A DNA stretch of 56,226 nucleotides, taken from a virus. Its lineage: Duplodnaviria > Caudoviricetes. The first letter of the stretch is position 1, and each line of letters starts with the position of its first letter. Shown in pieces: positions 17,615 through 28,465 of the stretch. The translations under genes were made by a program, and so were the position numbers. Where the stretch lies: the IMG/VR virus record IMGVR_UViG_3300020409_000022, positions 1-56,226 of that record. One strand, given 5' to 3'. The notes under the pieces are model-generated. The model saw nothing but the letters and a program-made list of their open reading frames with translations. It made no database searches and was not told the DNA's origin.

Positions 17615-19164
17615 TGCCAGATTTATCCAGAACACAACCAGTATCTTTTAACTGCGAGGGAGGACTGGTTTTAAATCGTTCTACGTTTATGATGCAACCA
17701 GGGGAAGCACTTGAGTTAGAAAACTTCGAGCCTGATATTGAGGGTGGTTACAGAAGAATAAATGGATTTAGTAAATACGTAACAGCAGTAGTTCCTCATA
17801 CTTCTGATACTTCAGAAAGAGTATTAATGGTTGCTACCTTTGCAAGTAAAGTTGTAGCAGCAAGAGGAACAAATATATTTACTGCAGATGCAGGAGGTTC
17901 TTCATGGACAACAGTAGATAGTGGAAGAACTAATGCAGGTAAATATAATTTTGAAAGATTTAACTTTGATGGTAACGATAAATTAATTGTTGCAGATGGT
18001 ACAAATGCACCAACAGTATTTAATACATCATTTAGTGCAACAGACGTAGATTCAGCAGGAACTGGCGAAGTTAGCACTGCAGTTACAGGTGCAAAATTTG
18101 TAACAGCATTTAAAGAACATATGTTCTACGCAGGTATGTCTGGCTCTAAACAAGAGATAATATTTAGTGTGCCTTTTGATGAAGATAACTTTCTTACAGC
18201 AAGTGGTGCAGGAAGTATTAAAGTTGATGATACTATAACTGGACTTAAAGTTTTCCGAGAAAATTTATTTATCTTTTGTGAAAACAGAATATTTAAACTG
18301 TCAGGAACATCAAGTAGTGATTTTGCTATAACTGCAGTAACAAGAGATATAGGCTGTATCAATGGAGATACAATCCAAGAATTTGCAGGTGACTTAATAT
18401 TCTTAGGTCCTGATGGATTAAGAACAGTTGCAGGTACTGCAAGAATTGGTGACGTTGAATTGGGTACTATAAGTTCTAACGTGCAGAGTTTATTTGATGA
18501 TAACTTAGATAGTGCGTCAGAATTTGAGTCAGTGGTTATACCTGATAAAACTCAATACAGAGTATTTTTTACAAAGGCTGCTCAAGCACAAGGCTCTACT
18601 CAAGGAGTTATATGTGTTTTGAAAGGCGAAAGATTTGAGTTTTCTAAAATGAAAGGCATAAAACCTGCTTCAACAGATACTTTCATAAGTGCAGGAAATG
18701 TAATAATTTTACATGGTGATTATGCCAATGGGTTTGTTTATAGGCAAGAGTCAGGTAATGACTTTGATGGCACAATAATAAGTGGTAAGTATAGAAGTCC
18801 TGACTTAACATTTGGTGATGCAGGTATACGTAAGCATATGCAACGTGTCATTGTAAACTTTGAACCTGAATCATCAATAGACGCAGATTTATTTTTAAGA
18901 TATGATTATGAATCTAGAGATGCTGTTCAACCCACAGCTTATGCGTTAGATTCAGAAGATGTTGCAGCGTTGTATGGAACATCTACATACGGAACAAGTT
19001 CTAGTTTAAAAGGGACTTATGGTGGAACGTCAAGACCTTTATTTAGACAATCAGTTGAGGGTTCAGGTTTTGCAGTTGCACTAAGAGTAAATGATGGTGG
19101 CACTACTGCACCATATTCTTTAAAAGGATTTCAACTAGAATATCAAACAGGAGCTAGAAGATAA
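17614..19164 (+). CDS. Tail nozzle / tubular protein B (stabilisation protein)
   Basis: Position after adaptor; GGL N-terminus; beta-propeller-like motifs DIGCI..DTIQE, LIFLGPDGLR. Confidence 0.8.
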   Translation: MPDLSRTQPVSFNCEGGLVLNRSTFMMQPGEALELENFEPDIEGGYRRINGFSKYVTAVVPHTSDTSERVLMVATFASKVVAARGTNIFTADAGGSSWTTVDSGRTNAGKYNFERFNFDGNDKLIVADGTNAPTVFNTSFSATDVDSAGTGEVSTAVTGAKFVTAFKEHMFYAGMSGSKQEIIFSVPFDEDNFLTASGAGSIKVDDTITGLKVFRENLFIFCENRIFKLSGTSSSDFAITAVTRDIGCINGDTIQEFAGDLIFLGPDGLRTVAGTARIGDVELGTISSNVQSLFDDNLDSASEFESVVIPDKTQYRVFFTKAAQAQGSTQGVICVLKGERFEFSKMKGIKPASTDTFISAGNVIILHGDYANGFVYRQESGNDFDGTIISGKYRSPDLTFGDAGIRKHMQRVIVNFEPESSIDADLFLRYDYESRDAVQPTAYALDSEDVAALYGTSTYGTSSSLKGTYGGTSRPLFRQSVEGSGFAVALRVNDGGTTAPYSLKGFQLEYQTGARR

Positions 19165-22100
19165 ATGGGTCAAACATACACTAGACAATCTTCCTACAGT
19201 GATGGAGACGTAATAACTGCAGCTCATACCAATGATGAGTTTAATCAGTTATTAGCAGCATTTCAAGCAAGTACAGGGCATACTCACGATGGCACAGCTA
19301 ACGAAGGTGGTCCTATTACCAAACTACTTGGTACTGCTATTACGATAGGTGATGGTACTGCAGGAACAGATATAGCAGTGACATTTGATGGTGAAACATC
19401 AGATGGTGTATTAACATGGAAAGAAGATGAGGATTATTTTGAATTTAGTGATGACATACTTATTGCTTCTACAGAAAAGTTACAATTTAGAGACACAGCA
19501 ATATACATCAATTCTAGTGCAGACGGACAACTAGATTTAGTAGCAGATACAGAAATACAAATTGCAGCTACTACAGTTGATTTAAATGGTAACTTAGATG
19601 TTTCAGGTTCTATTACTTTAGGTGGCACTGAAATTACATCTACTGCAGCAGAACTAAATATTCTAGATGGAGTTACTTCTACTGCATCAGAACTAAACAT
19701 ATTAGATGGAGTAACATCTACTACTGCAGAGTTGAATATTCTCGATGGAGTAACCTCAACTGCAACAGAATTAAATTTAGTTGATGGTTCATCTGCAGGT
19801 ACTATAGTAAATAGCAAAGCAGTTGTATATGGTTCTAGTGGCGAAGTAAATGCAACGACACTACAAATAGCAGGAACTTCTATTACTTCCACTGCAGCCG
19901 AACTTAATATTCTAGATGGAGTAACTGCCACTGCATCAGAGTTAAATATTTTAGATGGGGTGACTTCTACTGCATCAGAGTTAAATATACTTGATGGAGT
20001 AACTGCAACAACTGCAGAGTTAAACATTTTAGATGGTGTCACTTCAACTGCATCAGAGTTAAATATTTTAGATGGTGTTACTTCAACCACTGCAGAGCTA
20101 AATATACTTGATGGTGTAACTTCTACCACAGGTGAACTTAATTTACTTGATGGGTCAGCTAAATCAACTTCATCTATTACTATTGCTGACAGTGATGCCT
20201 TTATTATAATAGATGGTAATACAACCAAACAAATACCTGCTTCTGATTTAACAACATATTTAGCAGCAGGTGATATTACTGGTGTGACTGCAGGCGTAGG
20301 GCTTAGTGGAGGTGGTTCCTCAGGTGACGTAACAGTAACATTAGATTTATCAGAACTAAGTGATGTTACCCCTGTAAATGGAGATAAACTTGCTACGTTA
20401 GACTCTGATGGTTCAACAGAACAATTAACAACTGTGGCATCTCTTGCCACGCTATTTGCAGGTACAGGCTTATCTGCATCTAACTCTGTAATTAGTATTG
20501 ATGCAGCACAAACAGGTATAACTAGTTTACTTGCAACAGATATTAAAATTGGTGAAGATAACGAAACAAAAATAGACTTTGAGACTGCTAATGAAATACA
20601 TTTCTATGCAGCGAATGCAGAGCAAGTATTTGTTTCAGATGGAGTCTTTGGACCACAGACAGATAGTGATGTAGACTTAGGTACAACAGGTGTTAGATTT
20701 AAAGATGCTTACGTAGATTCTGTAACAGTTACAGGAGATGTTTCTGTAGGTGACGACCTTACAGTAGAAGGTGGTGTAATAGAATTAAAAAACACTGGGT
20801 CACAATCAGAACTTAGAATGTATTGTGAGTCTAGTAATGCACACTACGCTGCACTTCAAGCTCCTGCTCACAGTGCTTTTTCTGGTAACACTACACTAAC
20901 TTTACCTGCAACTACAGATACTATTGTAGGTAGAGCAACTACAGATACTCTCACAAATAAAACATTAACTAGTCCAAAGATAAATGAAAACGTAGCAGTT
21001 ACTGCAAGTGCAACAGAAATAAATCTTTTAGATGGTGTTACTGCAACAACCTCAGAATTAAATATACTTGACGGAGTTACATCCACAGCAGCAGAGTTGA
21101 ATTTAGTAGATGGTATAACTGCAGGTACAGTAGCTGCATCAAAAGCAGTTATAGCAGATTCAAACAAAGACGTAAGTGGTTTTAGAAATGTAAGTATGAC
21201 AGGTGACTTAACAGTTTCAGGTGATGCTATAGTTATGAATACAAACACTGCAGGTCACTTACTCATTGCAGATGGCACAGATTTTAACCCAAGAGCAGTA
21301 GGTGATTTATCAGAAATATCTACAGTTGCAAATGATGATGTGTTTTTAGCAGTAGATACTTCAGGTGGTGGTCTAAAGAAAATTACACGAAGCACTATTG
21401 TTTCAGGATTAGCAGTATCAGGCACAGGTTTAGATAATATAGTTGAAGACACTACACCTCAGTTAGGTGGTAATTTAGATGTAAACGGCAATAATATTAC
21501 AGGTTCTACACTGACGTTGGACTCTGCAGGAGACATCATACTTGATGCAGATGGTACAGATATAACTTTAAAAGATGGTGGAACAACTTTTGCTAATCTT
21601 AAAAACTCTAGTGGTGAGTTAGTAATTCAATCAGGTTCTACACCTACAACTGCTATGACATTTAGTGGTGCTAACGTAACTTTAGCAGGAAACTTAACTG
21701 TATCAGGAACAACAACTACAGTAAACTCTACTACTGTAAATTTAAATGACCACAATATTGTATTAGATAGTGGTAACAGTACAAGTGCAGTCGTAAATGG
21801 TGCAGGTATAACTCTTGAAGGTGGTAGTGGAGATGATGCTACATTTACATATAATACAACAGGTCCTAAGTTTGAATTAAAGTTAGGTTCTAGCCACGAA
21901 GATTTACAAGTAGACCAACTCATTGCAGCATCTTTAGATATATCAGGGAATGTGGATGTAGATGGAAAACTTGAAACAGATGAGCTATCTATAAATGGCA
22001 CTGACGTAACTGCTACTGCATCAGAGTTAAACATCTTAGATGGTGTCACTGCGACAGCATCAGAGCTTAATATTATGGATGGGGTTACTGCGACAACAGC

Positions 22101-23601
22101 AGAACTAAACATTCTTGATGGAGTTACTGCTAGTGCTACAGATATCAACTTAATAGATGGCATTACGAATGGAACTGTAATAGCAAGTAAAGCTATTATA
22201 ACTGATTCTAATAAAGACATATCAGGTGGTAGAAATATTACAATCTCAGGTGAGCTTGACGCAGCTACCCTAGACATTAGTGGTAATGCAGATATAGATG
22301 GTACACTTGAAGCAGATGCAATCACAGTGGGTGGCACTGCATTAAATACTGTTATAGCAGGTGTTACTGTATCCAACGCTACAACTGCAGCAGTAGCAAC
22401 AACAGTTACAATAACAGATAATGAAAGTACAAACGAAGACAACGCAGTTGTATTTACGGCAGGTGGTGACGTAGATGGTGGTAATTTAGGTTTAGAGAGT
22501 GATGGTAACTTAACTTACAATCCAAGCACAGGAAGATTAACTGCTACACAGTTAGCAGGTACATTACAAACTGCTGCACAGACAAACATTACATCACTAG
22601 GAACACTTACAACATTAACAGTAGATGACATTACTATTAATGGTAGCACTATATCTGACAGTGGAGATTTTACACTAGATATCAATGGTGACATAAATTT
22701 TGATGCTAATGGTGGTGATTTTAAATTTAAAGATAACGGAACAGAAATACTAAGGATTACCAACTCATCTAGTGATGTAATTATTAGACCTGTTGCCGAT
22801 GCTAAAGATATAATTTTTCAACAGAGAGATGGCACTGAAGTAGCAAGAGTTGAAGACAATGGTACATTTAATGTTGTTACAGACAAACTTGCTATAAACG
22901 GAACAGCAATTACATCCACTGCTGCAGAGTTAAACAAACTAGATGGGGTAACTTCTACAACTGCTGAATTAAATATCTTAGATGGGGTAACCTCTACTGC
23001 TGCAGAACTCAACATTCTCGATGGTGTCACATCTACCACTGCAGAATTAAATATATTAGATGGAGTAACCTCTACTACTGCAGAGTTAAATTTACTTGAT
23101 GGGTCAACTGCAGGAACAGTTGTAGCATCAAAAGCAGTTGTAGTAGACTCAAATAAAGATATAGCAAGTTTTAGAAATGTTACATTGACAGGCGAGCTTG
23201 ATGCAGCTACATTAGATATATCAGGTAATGCAGATATAGATGGAACACTTGAGACAGATGCGTTGTCCATTAATGGTACAACTGTTACTTCTACTGCTGC
23301 AGAACTAAACATCCTTGACGGAGTAACTTCTACTGCATCCGAATTAAATATTCTTGATGGTGTTACAGCGACAACTGCAGAACTAAACATACTTGATGGT
23401 GTGACATCTACTGCAGCGGAATTAAACATCATGGATGGTAATACATCTGCTTCTTCTACAACATTAGTTGATGCAGACAGGGTAGTAACAAACGACAATG
23501 GAACAATGAAACAGGTTGCATTATCAGATGTTAAAACATACTTGAGTAGTGCAGGCTTTTCAAGTGAAGACCCAACTGCATTAGCTATTGCATTGGGTTA
23601 A
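19165..23601 (+). CDS. Long tail fibre with 13-aa repeats (1478 aa)
   Basis: N-terminal anchor YTRQ...EFNQL..AF...GHTHDG; ELNILDG repeats; C-terminal ALAIALG. Confidence 0.88.
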   Translation: MGQTYTRQSSYSDGDVITAAHTNDEFNQLLAAFQASTGHTHDGTANEGGPITKLLGTAITIGDGTAGTDIAVTFDGETSDGVLTWKEDEDYFEFSDDILIASTEKLQFRDTAIYINSSADGQLDLVADTEIQIAATTVDLNGNLDVSGSITLGGTEITSTAAELNILDGVTSTASELNILDGVTSTTAELNILDGVTSTATELNLVDGSSAGTIVNSKAVVYGSSGEVNATTLQIAGTSITSTAAELNILDGVTATASELNILDGVTSTASELNILDGVTATTAELNILDGVTSTASELNILDGVTSTTAELNILDGVTSTTGELNLLDGSAKSTSSITIADSDAFIIIDGNTTKQIPASDLTTYLAAGDITGVTAGVGLSGGGSSGDVTVTLDLSELSDVTPVNGDKLATLDSDGSTEQLTTVASLATLFAGTGLSASNSVISIDAAQTGITSLLATDIKIGEDNETKIDFETANEIHFYAANAEQVFVSDGVFGPQTDSDVDLGTTGVRFKDAYVDSVTVTGDVSVGDDLTVEGGVIELKNTGSQSELRMYCESSNAHYAALQAPAHSAFSGNTTLTLPATTDTIVGRATTDTLTNKTLTSPKINENVAVTASATEINLLDGVTATTSELNILDGVTSTAAELNLVDGITAGTVAASKAVIADSNKDVSGFRNVSMTGDLTVSGDAIVMNTNTAGHLLIADGTDFNPRAVGDLSEISTVANDDVFLAVDTSGGGLKKITRSTIVSGLAVSGTGLDNIVEDTTPQLGGNLDVNGNNITGSTLTLDSAGDIILDADGTDITLKDGGTTFANLKNSSGELVIQSGSTPTTAMTFSGANVTLAGNLTVSGTTTTVNSTTVNLNDHNIVLDSGNSTSAVVNGAGITLEGGSGDDATFTYNTTGPKFELKLGSSHEDLQVDQLIAASLDISGNVDVDGKLETDELSINGTDVTATASELNILDGVTATASELNIMDGVTATTAELNILDGVTASATDINLIDGITNGTVIASKAIITDSNKDISGGRNITISGELDAATLDISGNADIDGTLEADAITVGGTALNTVIAGVTVSNATTAAVATTVTITDNESTNEDNAVVFTAGGDVDGGNLGLESDGNLTYNPSTGRLTATQLAGTLQTAAQTNITSLGTLTTLTVDDITINGSTISDSGDFTLDINGDINFDANGGDFKFKDNGTEILRITNSSSDVIIRPVADAKDIIFQQRDGTEVARVEDNGTFNVVTDKLAINGTAITSTAAELNKLDGVTSTTAELNILDGVTSTAAELNILDGVTSTTAELNILDGVTSTTAELNLLDGSTAGTVVASKAVVVDSNKDIASFRNVTLTGELDAATLDISGNADIDGTLETDALSINGTTVTSTAAELNILDGVTSTASELNILDGVTATTAELNILDGVTSTAAELNIMDGNTSASSTTLVDADRVVTNDNGTMKQVALSDVKTYLSSAGFSSEDPTALAIALG
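19633..23439 (+). repeat. 27 copies of a 39-bp / 13-aa repeat (V/I)T(S/A)TxxELNILDG in six blocks
   Basis: Counted from the translation: blocks of 4, 7, 3, 4, 5 and 4 units; synonymous codons diverged. Confidence 0.85.
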
Positions 23602-23617
23602 AAAATAGGATACAATT

Positions 23618-23965
23618 ATGGCAAATACATTTAAATTAGTAACTAAAGCAGGTGTAACAAGTGCTGATGTCATTTACACAGTAGCAAGTTCTACAACAAC
23701 AGTTGTTTTAGGAATTATGCTCGGTAATACAACAACAAGTCAAGTTACTGCAACAGTTACAATAGAATCAGATACAAGCAATAGGTCAGGTGCAAACAAT
23801 GAAGCAAATCAAACTGTGGAGTTAGTTACAAACGCACCTATACCTGCAGGTTCATCTCTTGAATTATTAGCAGGTAATAAAGTTGTAATGGAAACTACTG
23901 ATGTATTAAAACTAACTGCATCAGGTGCAACTGACATAGCAGTATCAATCATGGAGATTACATAA
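23618..23965 (+). CDS. Fibre-associated small beta protein (MANTFK-type)
   Basis: Follows the fibre; IPAGSSLELL..NKVV motif; ends SIMEIT. Confidence 0.75.
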   Translation: MANTFKLVTKAGVTSADVIYTVASSTTTVVLGIMLGNTTTSQVTATVTIESDTSNRSGANNEANQTVELVTNAPIPAGSSLELLAGNKVVMETTDVLKLTASGATDIAVSIMEIT

Positions 23966-24414
23966 TGGCAATTATAGGTAATCCACTTCCTGCTAACTTT
24001 CAAGCTCCACCCTCAGTGGTGAGGTTTAATGGTGATGGAAGTGATACTACATTTGCTTTAGGAAGAACAATAGGTACTGTACAAGATATACTTGTTTCTG
24101 TAGATGGTGTTGTTCAAGATAGTTCTGCTTATACTGTGCCTGATGGTTCTACTCTTACTTTTACTGCAGCACCTTCAAGTGGTACAAATAATATTTTTGT
24201 ATACTTTCTAGGATTAGCAGGTGAATCTATAACACCTACTGCTGAATTTAAAGGTAACTTTAAAGCAGGTGGTTTATTTAGAACTAACTCACAAACGTTG
24301 GATTCTAATATAACAATAACCTCTTCTGAAAATGCAAATGTTACAGGTCCTCTTACAATATCAAGTGGTGTAACATTGACAGTTGAAAGTGGTGGAAGGT
24401 TAGTAACATTATGA
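23965..24414 (+). CDS. Fibre adaptor-like protein A
   Basis: MAIIGNP N-terminus; FNGDGS.TTF.L...VDGVVQ...LTFTAAP domain; C-terminal NSQT..ITI..ENA..GP shared with 27229..27687. Confidence 0.75.
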   Translation: MAIIGNPLPANFQAPPSVVRFNGDGSDTTFALGRTIGTVQDILVSVDGVVQDSSAYTVPDGSTLTFTAAPSSGTNNIFVYFLGLAGESITPTAEFKGNFKAGGLFRTNSQTLDSNITITSSENANVTGPLTISSGVTLTVESGGRLVTL

Positions 24415-24818
24415 GTACAATTAAAACAGACACCTTAACTGGTACAAGTACAGCAGGTTCTATTTCTGTTACAGGCGAAGGAAATAGTACAACAACTAAT
24501 CTGCAACAAGGTCTTATTAAAGCATTTATTCATCATACAGGTGATAGTCCTACAACTAATGATTCATTTAATGTTGCTTCTTTAACTGATAATGATACTG
24601 GAGATTATACTTATACTTGGACTAATGCTTTTGGTAATACTTTTCCTAGTGTTAGTGGTATGTCTACCGAAGATGGCACAATAGGTTATGTAACCTTGTA
24701 TTTTGATAGGTCTTGGACTAAGTCAGGAGCTAATTTAAGAGTTCAAGGTATAGACCAAGGAGATAGTTATGATGATGGAGCATACTCCACTGTAATGGTG
24801 GCAGGAGATTTAGCATGA
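24411..24818 (+). CDS. GDLA-family adhesin-like paralog 1
   Basis: KAF...SFNVASLTDNDTGDY...GDLA. Confidence 0.78.
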   Translation: MSTIKTDTLTGTSTAGSISVTGEGNSTTTNLQQGLIKAFIHHTGDSPTTNDSFNVASLTDNDTGDYTYTWTNAFGNTFPSVSGMSTEDGTIGYVTLYFDRSWTKSGANLRVQGIDQGDSYDDGAYSTVMVAGDLA

Positions 24819-25246
24819 GTACCATAAAAACAAACACCTTAACAGGTACAACTTCAGCAGGTAGCATTCTTGTTACAGGAGAGGGTGGTGTTCAAACCAC
24901 AAACTTACAACAAGGATTATGTAAGGCTTGGACTTTTTTTGATTCAACCCCAACAACACCTGACCATACAGATAGTTTTAATGCTACTACATTAACTGAC
25001 ATTGGAACTGGTAATCAAAAGTTTGATTTTATAAATCCTATGGGCAATGCTAATTTTGCTTTTGGTGGTGCTGCAGTAGTTGATGAAACTACATTTGCTG
25101 TGTTAAGTGGCTCAGAAATAGCAGGAACTCATGCTCGTTCTACTTCAAATACTGGTGGATTTTTTACTTCAAATACTGCATCTGTAAATAGTGGTGCAAA
25201 TGCAAATAGTATATCAATTACAATACACGGAGATTTAGCAGAATGA
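24815..25246 (+). CDS. GDLA-family paralog 2
   Basis: KAW...SFNATTLTDIGTG...GDLAE. Confidence 0.78.
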   Translation: MSTIKTNTLTGTTSAGSILVTGEGGVQTTNLQQGLCKAWTFFDSTPTTPDHTDSFNATTLTDIGTGNQKFDFINPMGNANFAFGGAAVVDETTFAVLSGSEIAGTHARSTSNTGGFFTSNTASVNSGANANSISITIHGDLAE

Positions 25247-25662
25247 CAAACGGAACAATAGCATTTGATACATTAACAACATCTGATTCAAAGAACACTG
25301 GTACAGAGAAGTCTATTGATACGAGTTATATTTTTAATGGTTCAGCTAAATCATGGCTTAACTATGCTCAAAATGGTGACACAATAAACGATAGTTTTAA
25401 CATATCATCAGTATCTGATGAAAGCACAAGTGAATTTAAACCTGTCATGACAAATGCCATGGCGAATATTAATTATTCTGTTTATGGTGCTTATGCACCT
25501 AATTATGGTGTTGCTTCTAGTACAGGATATTCTATGCACCAGGATGGAACATCTGAGAGAGCACCAACAACAGTAGATTATTTTGCAAGAACTGTAGGAG
25601 CTAATGGAAGTGGTTTTGATTCTAAGTATAATTTAATTTCATTAGATGGAGACGTAGCATGA
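25243..25662 (+). CDS. GDLA-family paralog 3
   Basis: KSW...SFNISSVSD...GDVA. Confidence 0.78.
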   Translation: MTNGTIAFDTLTTSDSKNTGTEKSIDTSYIFNGSAKSWLNYAQNGDTINDSFNISSVSDESTSEFKPVMTNAMANINYSVYGAYAPNYGVASSTGYSMHQDGTSERAPTTVDYFARTVGANGSGFDSKYNLISLDGDVA

Positions 25663-26144
25663 CAATAAAAACACCAGAGTTTCAAGGCACACATTTATGG
25701 GATAGATTGTGTTGGGCAAAAGAAAACTTAGAAGGTAAGCAATCAGACTATCGTATTGTATGGCAAGACCCTGATAAACCTGAAGAGTGTTCTAAGGTAA
25801 CTGTGCCTGACCCTAATTGGATGGCTTGTGCGTTACAAGGTGGCATACTACCACCTGTAGAAGTATATTGGGCATTAGCAGAAGATGAAGCAAAGCCTGA
25901 CTTTAAGAAGCATACAAGAGGTTATTTGCTACACAATACTAAACCTATTGATGCAATGACAGAAGAACAAGCAATAGAATATTTAATTATGAAAGATATA
26001 CCACAAAGAGTGTGGAGAGAATATCAAAAAGCTAATCAACCTAGATTAGTGATTTGTAAAAAGAATCAGCTTCCAAGTACAAGAGAGTGGCGAAATGCTT
26101 GGAAGATTGATGAGAATATTAATGCCACTCATAAGGCAGCATAA
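25659..26144 (+). CDS. Fibre-associated hypothetical protein (possible chaperone)
   Basis: ATGA-coupled; MTEEQAIEYLIMKDIP...LPS.REWRNAW. Confidence 0.72.
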   Translation: MTIKTPEFQGTHLWDRLCWAKENLEGKQSDYRIVWQDPDKPEECSKVTVPDPNWMACALQGGILPPVEVYWALAEDEAKPDFKKHTRGYLLHNTKPIDAMTEEQAIEYLIMKDIPQRVWREYQKANQPRLVICKKNQLPSTREWRNAWKIDENINATHKAA

Positions 26145-26155
26145 AGGAGAACACA

Positions 26156-26527
26156 ATGCCAAAAACATTTATAATGGATAGAAATGGTAAAACAGTTGAT
26201 GCTTCAACTGTAACCAAGCCATCTGATAGACACTTTAGAGAAGCATGGACACTAAGTGGTGATGTTATCTCTGAAGACATGACCGAAGCTAAAAAAATCT
26301 TTCAAGATAAAATTAGAGAAGTCAGATTACCACTACTAGAAGCAGAAGATGTAGTGTACATGAAAGCATTAGAAGCAGATGATGCAAGTGCAAAGACTGC
26401 AAGTGTAGCTAAAAAGAAAGCACTTAGAGATGCACCTGCAGCCAAAGCTATATCTGATGCAGACACTATTGCAAAGCTCAAGGCAGCTTGGGATACATCT
26501 GTATTAGGTGACAGTCCATACGCATAA
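26156..26527 (+). CDS. Tail fibre assembly chaperone-like protein
   Basis: AAGGAG SD; KIREVRLPLL..EDV.YMKALE...KKALRDAP pattern. Confidence 0.65.
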   Translation: MPKTFIMDRNGKTVDASTVTKPSDRHFREAWTLSGDVISEDMTEAKKIFQDKIREVRLPLLEAEDVVYMKALEADDASAKTASVAKKKALRDAPAAKAISDADTIAKLKAAWDTSVLGDSPYA

Positions 26528-26537
26528 GGAATAGGTT

Positions 26538-27008
26538 ATGGCTTTAACTAAAGTACAAGCTGATGGGATTAATTTAGCTGACACCTTTGCTTTTACTGGC
26601 ACTGTTAGTGGAGCAGGTAAGGTTTTACAAGTTTTAGGTTCTTCATTAGCATCACAAGTAACAACAGCATCAACAAGTTTTGTAACAACAGGTGTATCGG
26701 TTGATATTACACCTTCTTCATCTTCTAACAAAGTTGCTCTTTTATTTGGATTACCTACTTATGCAGCAGTAGGGTCACATTTTATTGGAACACTTTATAG
26801 AGATAGTACAAACCTTGGTAACTCAAGCTGGGGTATGGGATTTGGTTCAAATTCTATTGCTGTAAATGTAAATGGTGCTTTTCTTGATTCACCAAATACA
26901 ACAAGCCAAGTTACATATGCAATTTATTGTAGGTCTTATTCTGGCACAGGGTACGCTATGATTAATAATGCTTTGGCTTCACTAACTGTTATGGAGATAT
27001 CAGCGTAA
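26538..27008 (+). CDS. MEI-family adhesin-like paralog 1
   Basis: GKVLQV...ITPSSSSNKV...LDSPNTTSQVTY...MEISA. Confidence 0.78.
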   Translation: MALTKVQADGINLADTFAFTGTVSGAGKVLQVLGSSLASQVTTASTSFVTTGVSVDITPSSSSNKVALLFGLPTYAAVGSHFIGTLYRDSTNLGNSSWGMGFGSNSIAVNVNGAFLDSPNTTSQVTYAIYCRSYSGTGYAMINNALASLTVMEISA

Positions 27009-27229
27009 TGGAAGAAATTAAAGAATTTGAAAAGTTAAGTAAAGCTATACAAACTTTAAAGTCAAATTGTGAGTTTGTCTTTAGTGGAACAATAATAGAC
27101 GAAGTAAACTTTAATAAAATTAAATGGGTTACTGGTGTAGAAGAAAATGGAATGGCAAAAACTACAACCACTTGTCCACATAGTGAAATAACTTGGACTA
27201 AAGTAAAAGCAGAAATGGACAAATTATAA
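27008..27229 (+). CDS. Small XkdW-like fibre-associated protein
   Basis: AIQTLK.NCEF...IKW...TWTKVKAE; TAATG coupling. Confidence 0.6.
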   Translation: MEEIKEFEKLSKAIQTLKSNCEFVFSGTIIDEVNFNKIKWVTGVEENGMAKTTTTCPHSEITWTKVKAEMDKL

Positions 27230-27687
27230 TGGGATATATAGGAAAATCACCCTCTAATGGAGTAAGAAGTAGGTTTGTTTACCAAGCGACTGCAGGTCAA
27301 ACTTCTTTTAGTGGTAGTGATGCAAATTCTTTAACATTAGCATACACTGATAGCTTGTATATGGATGTGTACCAAAATGGTGTTCTCCTCAAAACAGGTA
27401 CAGATTATGCAGCTACAAGTGGCACAAGTGTCGTGTTAGTGACGGCAGCAAGTGCAAATGATATTGTAGAAATGATTGTTTATGATGTCTTCTCAGTTCA
27501 AGATACTTATACTAAAACTGAGTCAGACACACGTTATCCATTCAAAGGTAATAACAGTATTATAAGATTAAATGGGCAGACTATAAGTGCAGACATAACT
27601 ATAGACTCAGATGAGAATGGAGTCAGTGCAGGTCCTATTACACAGAACGCCACAGTCACTGTTAATGGTTATTGGAGTATCGTATGA
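27229..27687 (+). CDS. Fibre adaptor-like protein B
   Basis: MGYIGKSP; ATAGQTSF...DVYQNGVLL...DY domain; C-terminus paralogous to 23965..24414. Confidence 0.75.
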   Translation: MGYIGKSPSNGVRSRFVYQATAGQTSFSGSDANSLTLAYTDSLYMDVYQNGVLLKTGTDYAATSGTSVVLVTAASANDIVEMIVYDVFSVQDTYTKTESDTRYPFKGNNSIIRLNGQTISADITIDSDENGVSAGPITQNATVTVNGYWSIV

Positions 27688-28088
27688 CAAGTCAGTTAAA
27701 TGTAGATACCATAAAAGGCAAATCAACAGCAGGTTCTATTTCTATTCAAGGTGAAGGAAGCAAAACTACTAATCTGCAACAAGGGTTGTTAAAGGCATGG
27801 TCTCATACTACAACACATAACACATTAGCAGATTCTTTAAATATTAGTTCTGTTACGGATAATGGAGGTGGGCAGTCCAACGACACTTTTACCAATCCTT
27901 TTGCAAATACGACTTATTGTATTAATTATGGTATACGAGATGGTGGTGGCACTAATGATGACAGACTTATAATGTCAGGTTCAAGTGAGTTGTTTTCAAC
28001 ATCACAGTATGGGGTTTATTGTGTTAGCACTACAACACTAAATGATGCTGACTTTTTATTTTTACAATACGCAGGAGACTTAGCATAA
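27684..28088 (+). CDS. GDLA-family paralog 4
   Basis: ATGA-coupled start at 27684; TNLQQGLLKAW...SLNISSVTDNG...GDLA. Confidence 0.78.
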   Translation: MTSQLNVDTIKGKSTAGSISIQGEGSKTTNLQQGLLKAWSHTTTHNTLADSLNISSVTDNGGGQSNDTFTNPFANTTYCINYGIRDGGGTNDDRLIMSGSSELFSTSQYGVYCVSTTTLNDADFLFLQYAGDLA

Positions 28089-28465
28089 TGGCAAGTATAT
28101 TAAAAGTAGATAGCATAGGAAAGACATCTGGTAGTACACAAGATACTATGGCTGGGTTAGCAAAGATTTTAGCAAGTCTTGATACAACAGGAACAGCAGA
28201 AATTGATAACTCTTTTAATCTTGCTAGTATAACAGACAATGGAACTGGAGATTTTACATTAGATTTTACAAATGATTTGAGTAGTGCTTTTTCTTTTTGT
28301 TCTTTTATGTGTGCTGCTAATGCAAGTTTTGATGATGAAGGTTCGGCTCATGTAATATCAAGAGCAACAGGAACACATAGATTTGGTGTAACTGATATAC
28401 ATAATGCAGCAGACGCTTTTGATTATGACCCTGTAATGTTTACAATACACGGAGACTTAGCATAA
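28088..28465 (+). CDS. GDLA-family paralog 5
   Basis: SFNLASITDNGTGDF...HGDLA. Confidence 0.78.
   Translation: MASILKVDSIGKTSGSTQDTMAGLAKILASLDTTGTAEIDNSFNLASITDNGTGDFTLDFTNDLSSAFSFCSFMCAANASFDDEGSAHVISRATGTHRFGVTDIHNAADAFDYDPVMFTIHGDLA

Noticed and set aside
19633-23439. 39-bp periodic repeats as a CRISPR array
   Set aside because: Tandem, in-frame, degenerate at third codon positions, no unique spacers and no cas operon
19434-23498. Long minus-strand ORFs (338, 271, 226 aa and others) opposite the fibre
   Set aside because: Antisense shadows of the repetitive Thr/Ala/Asp-rich fibre codons; no SD sites and they mirror the repeat
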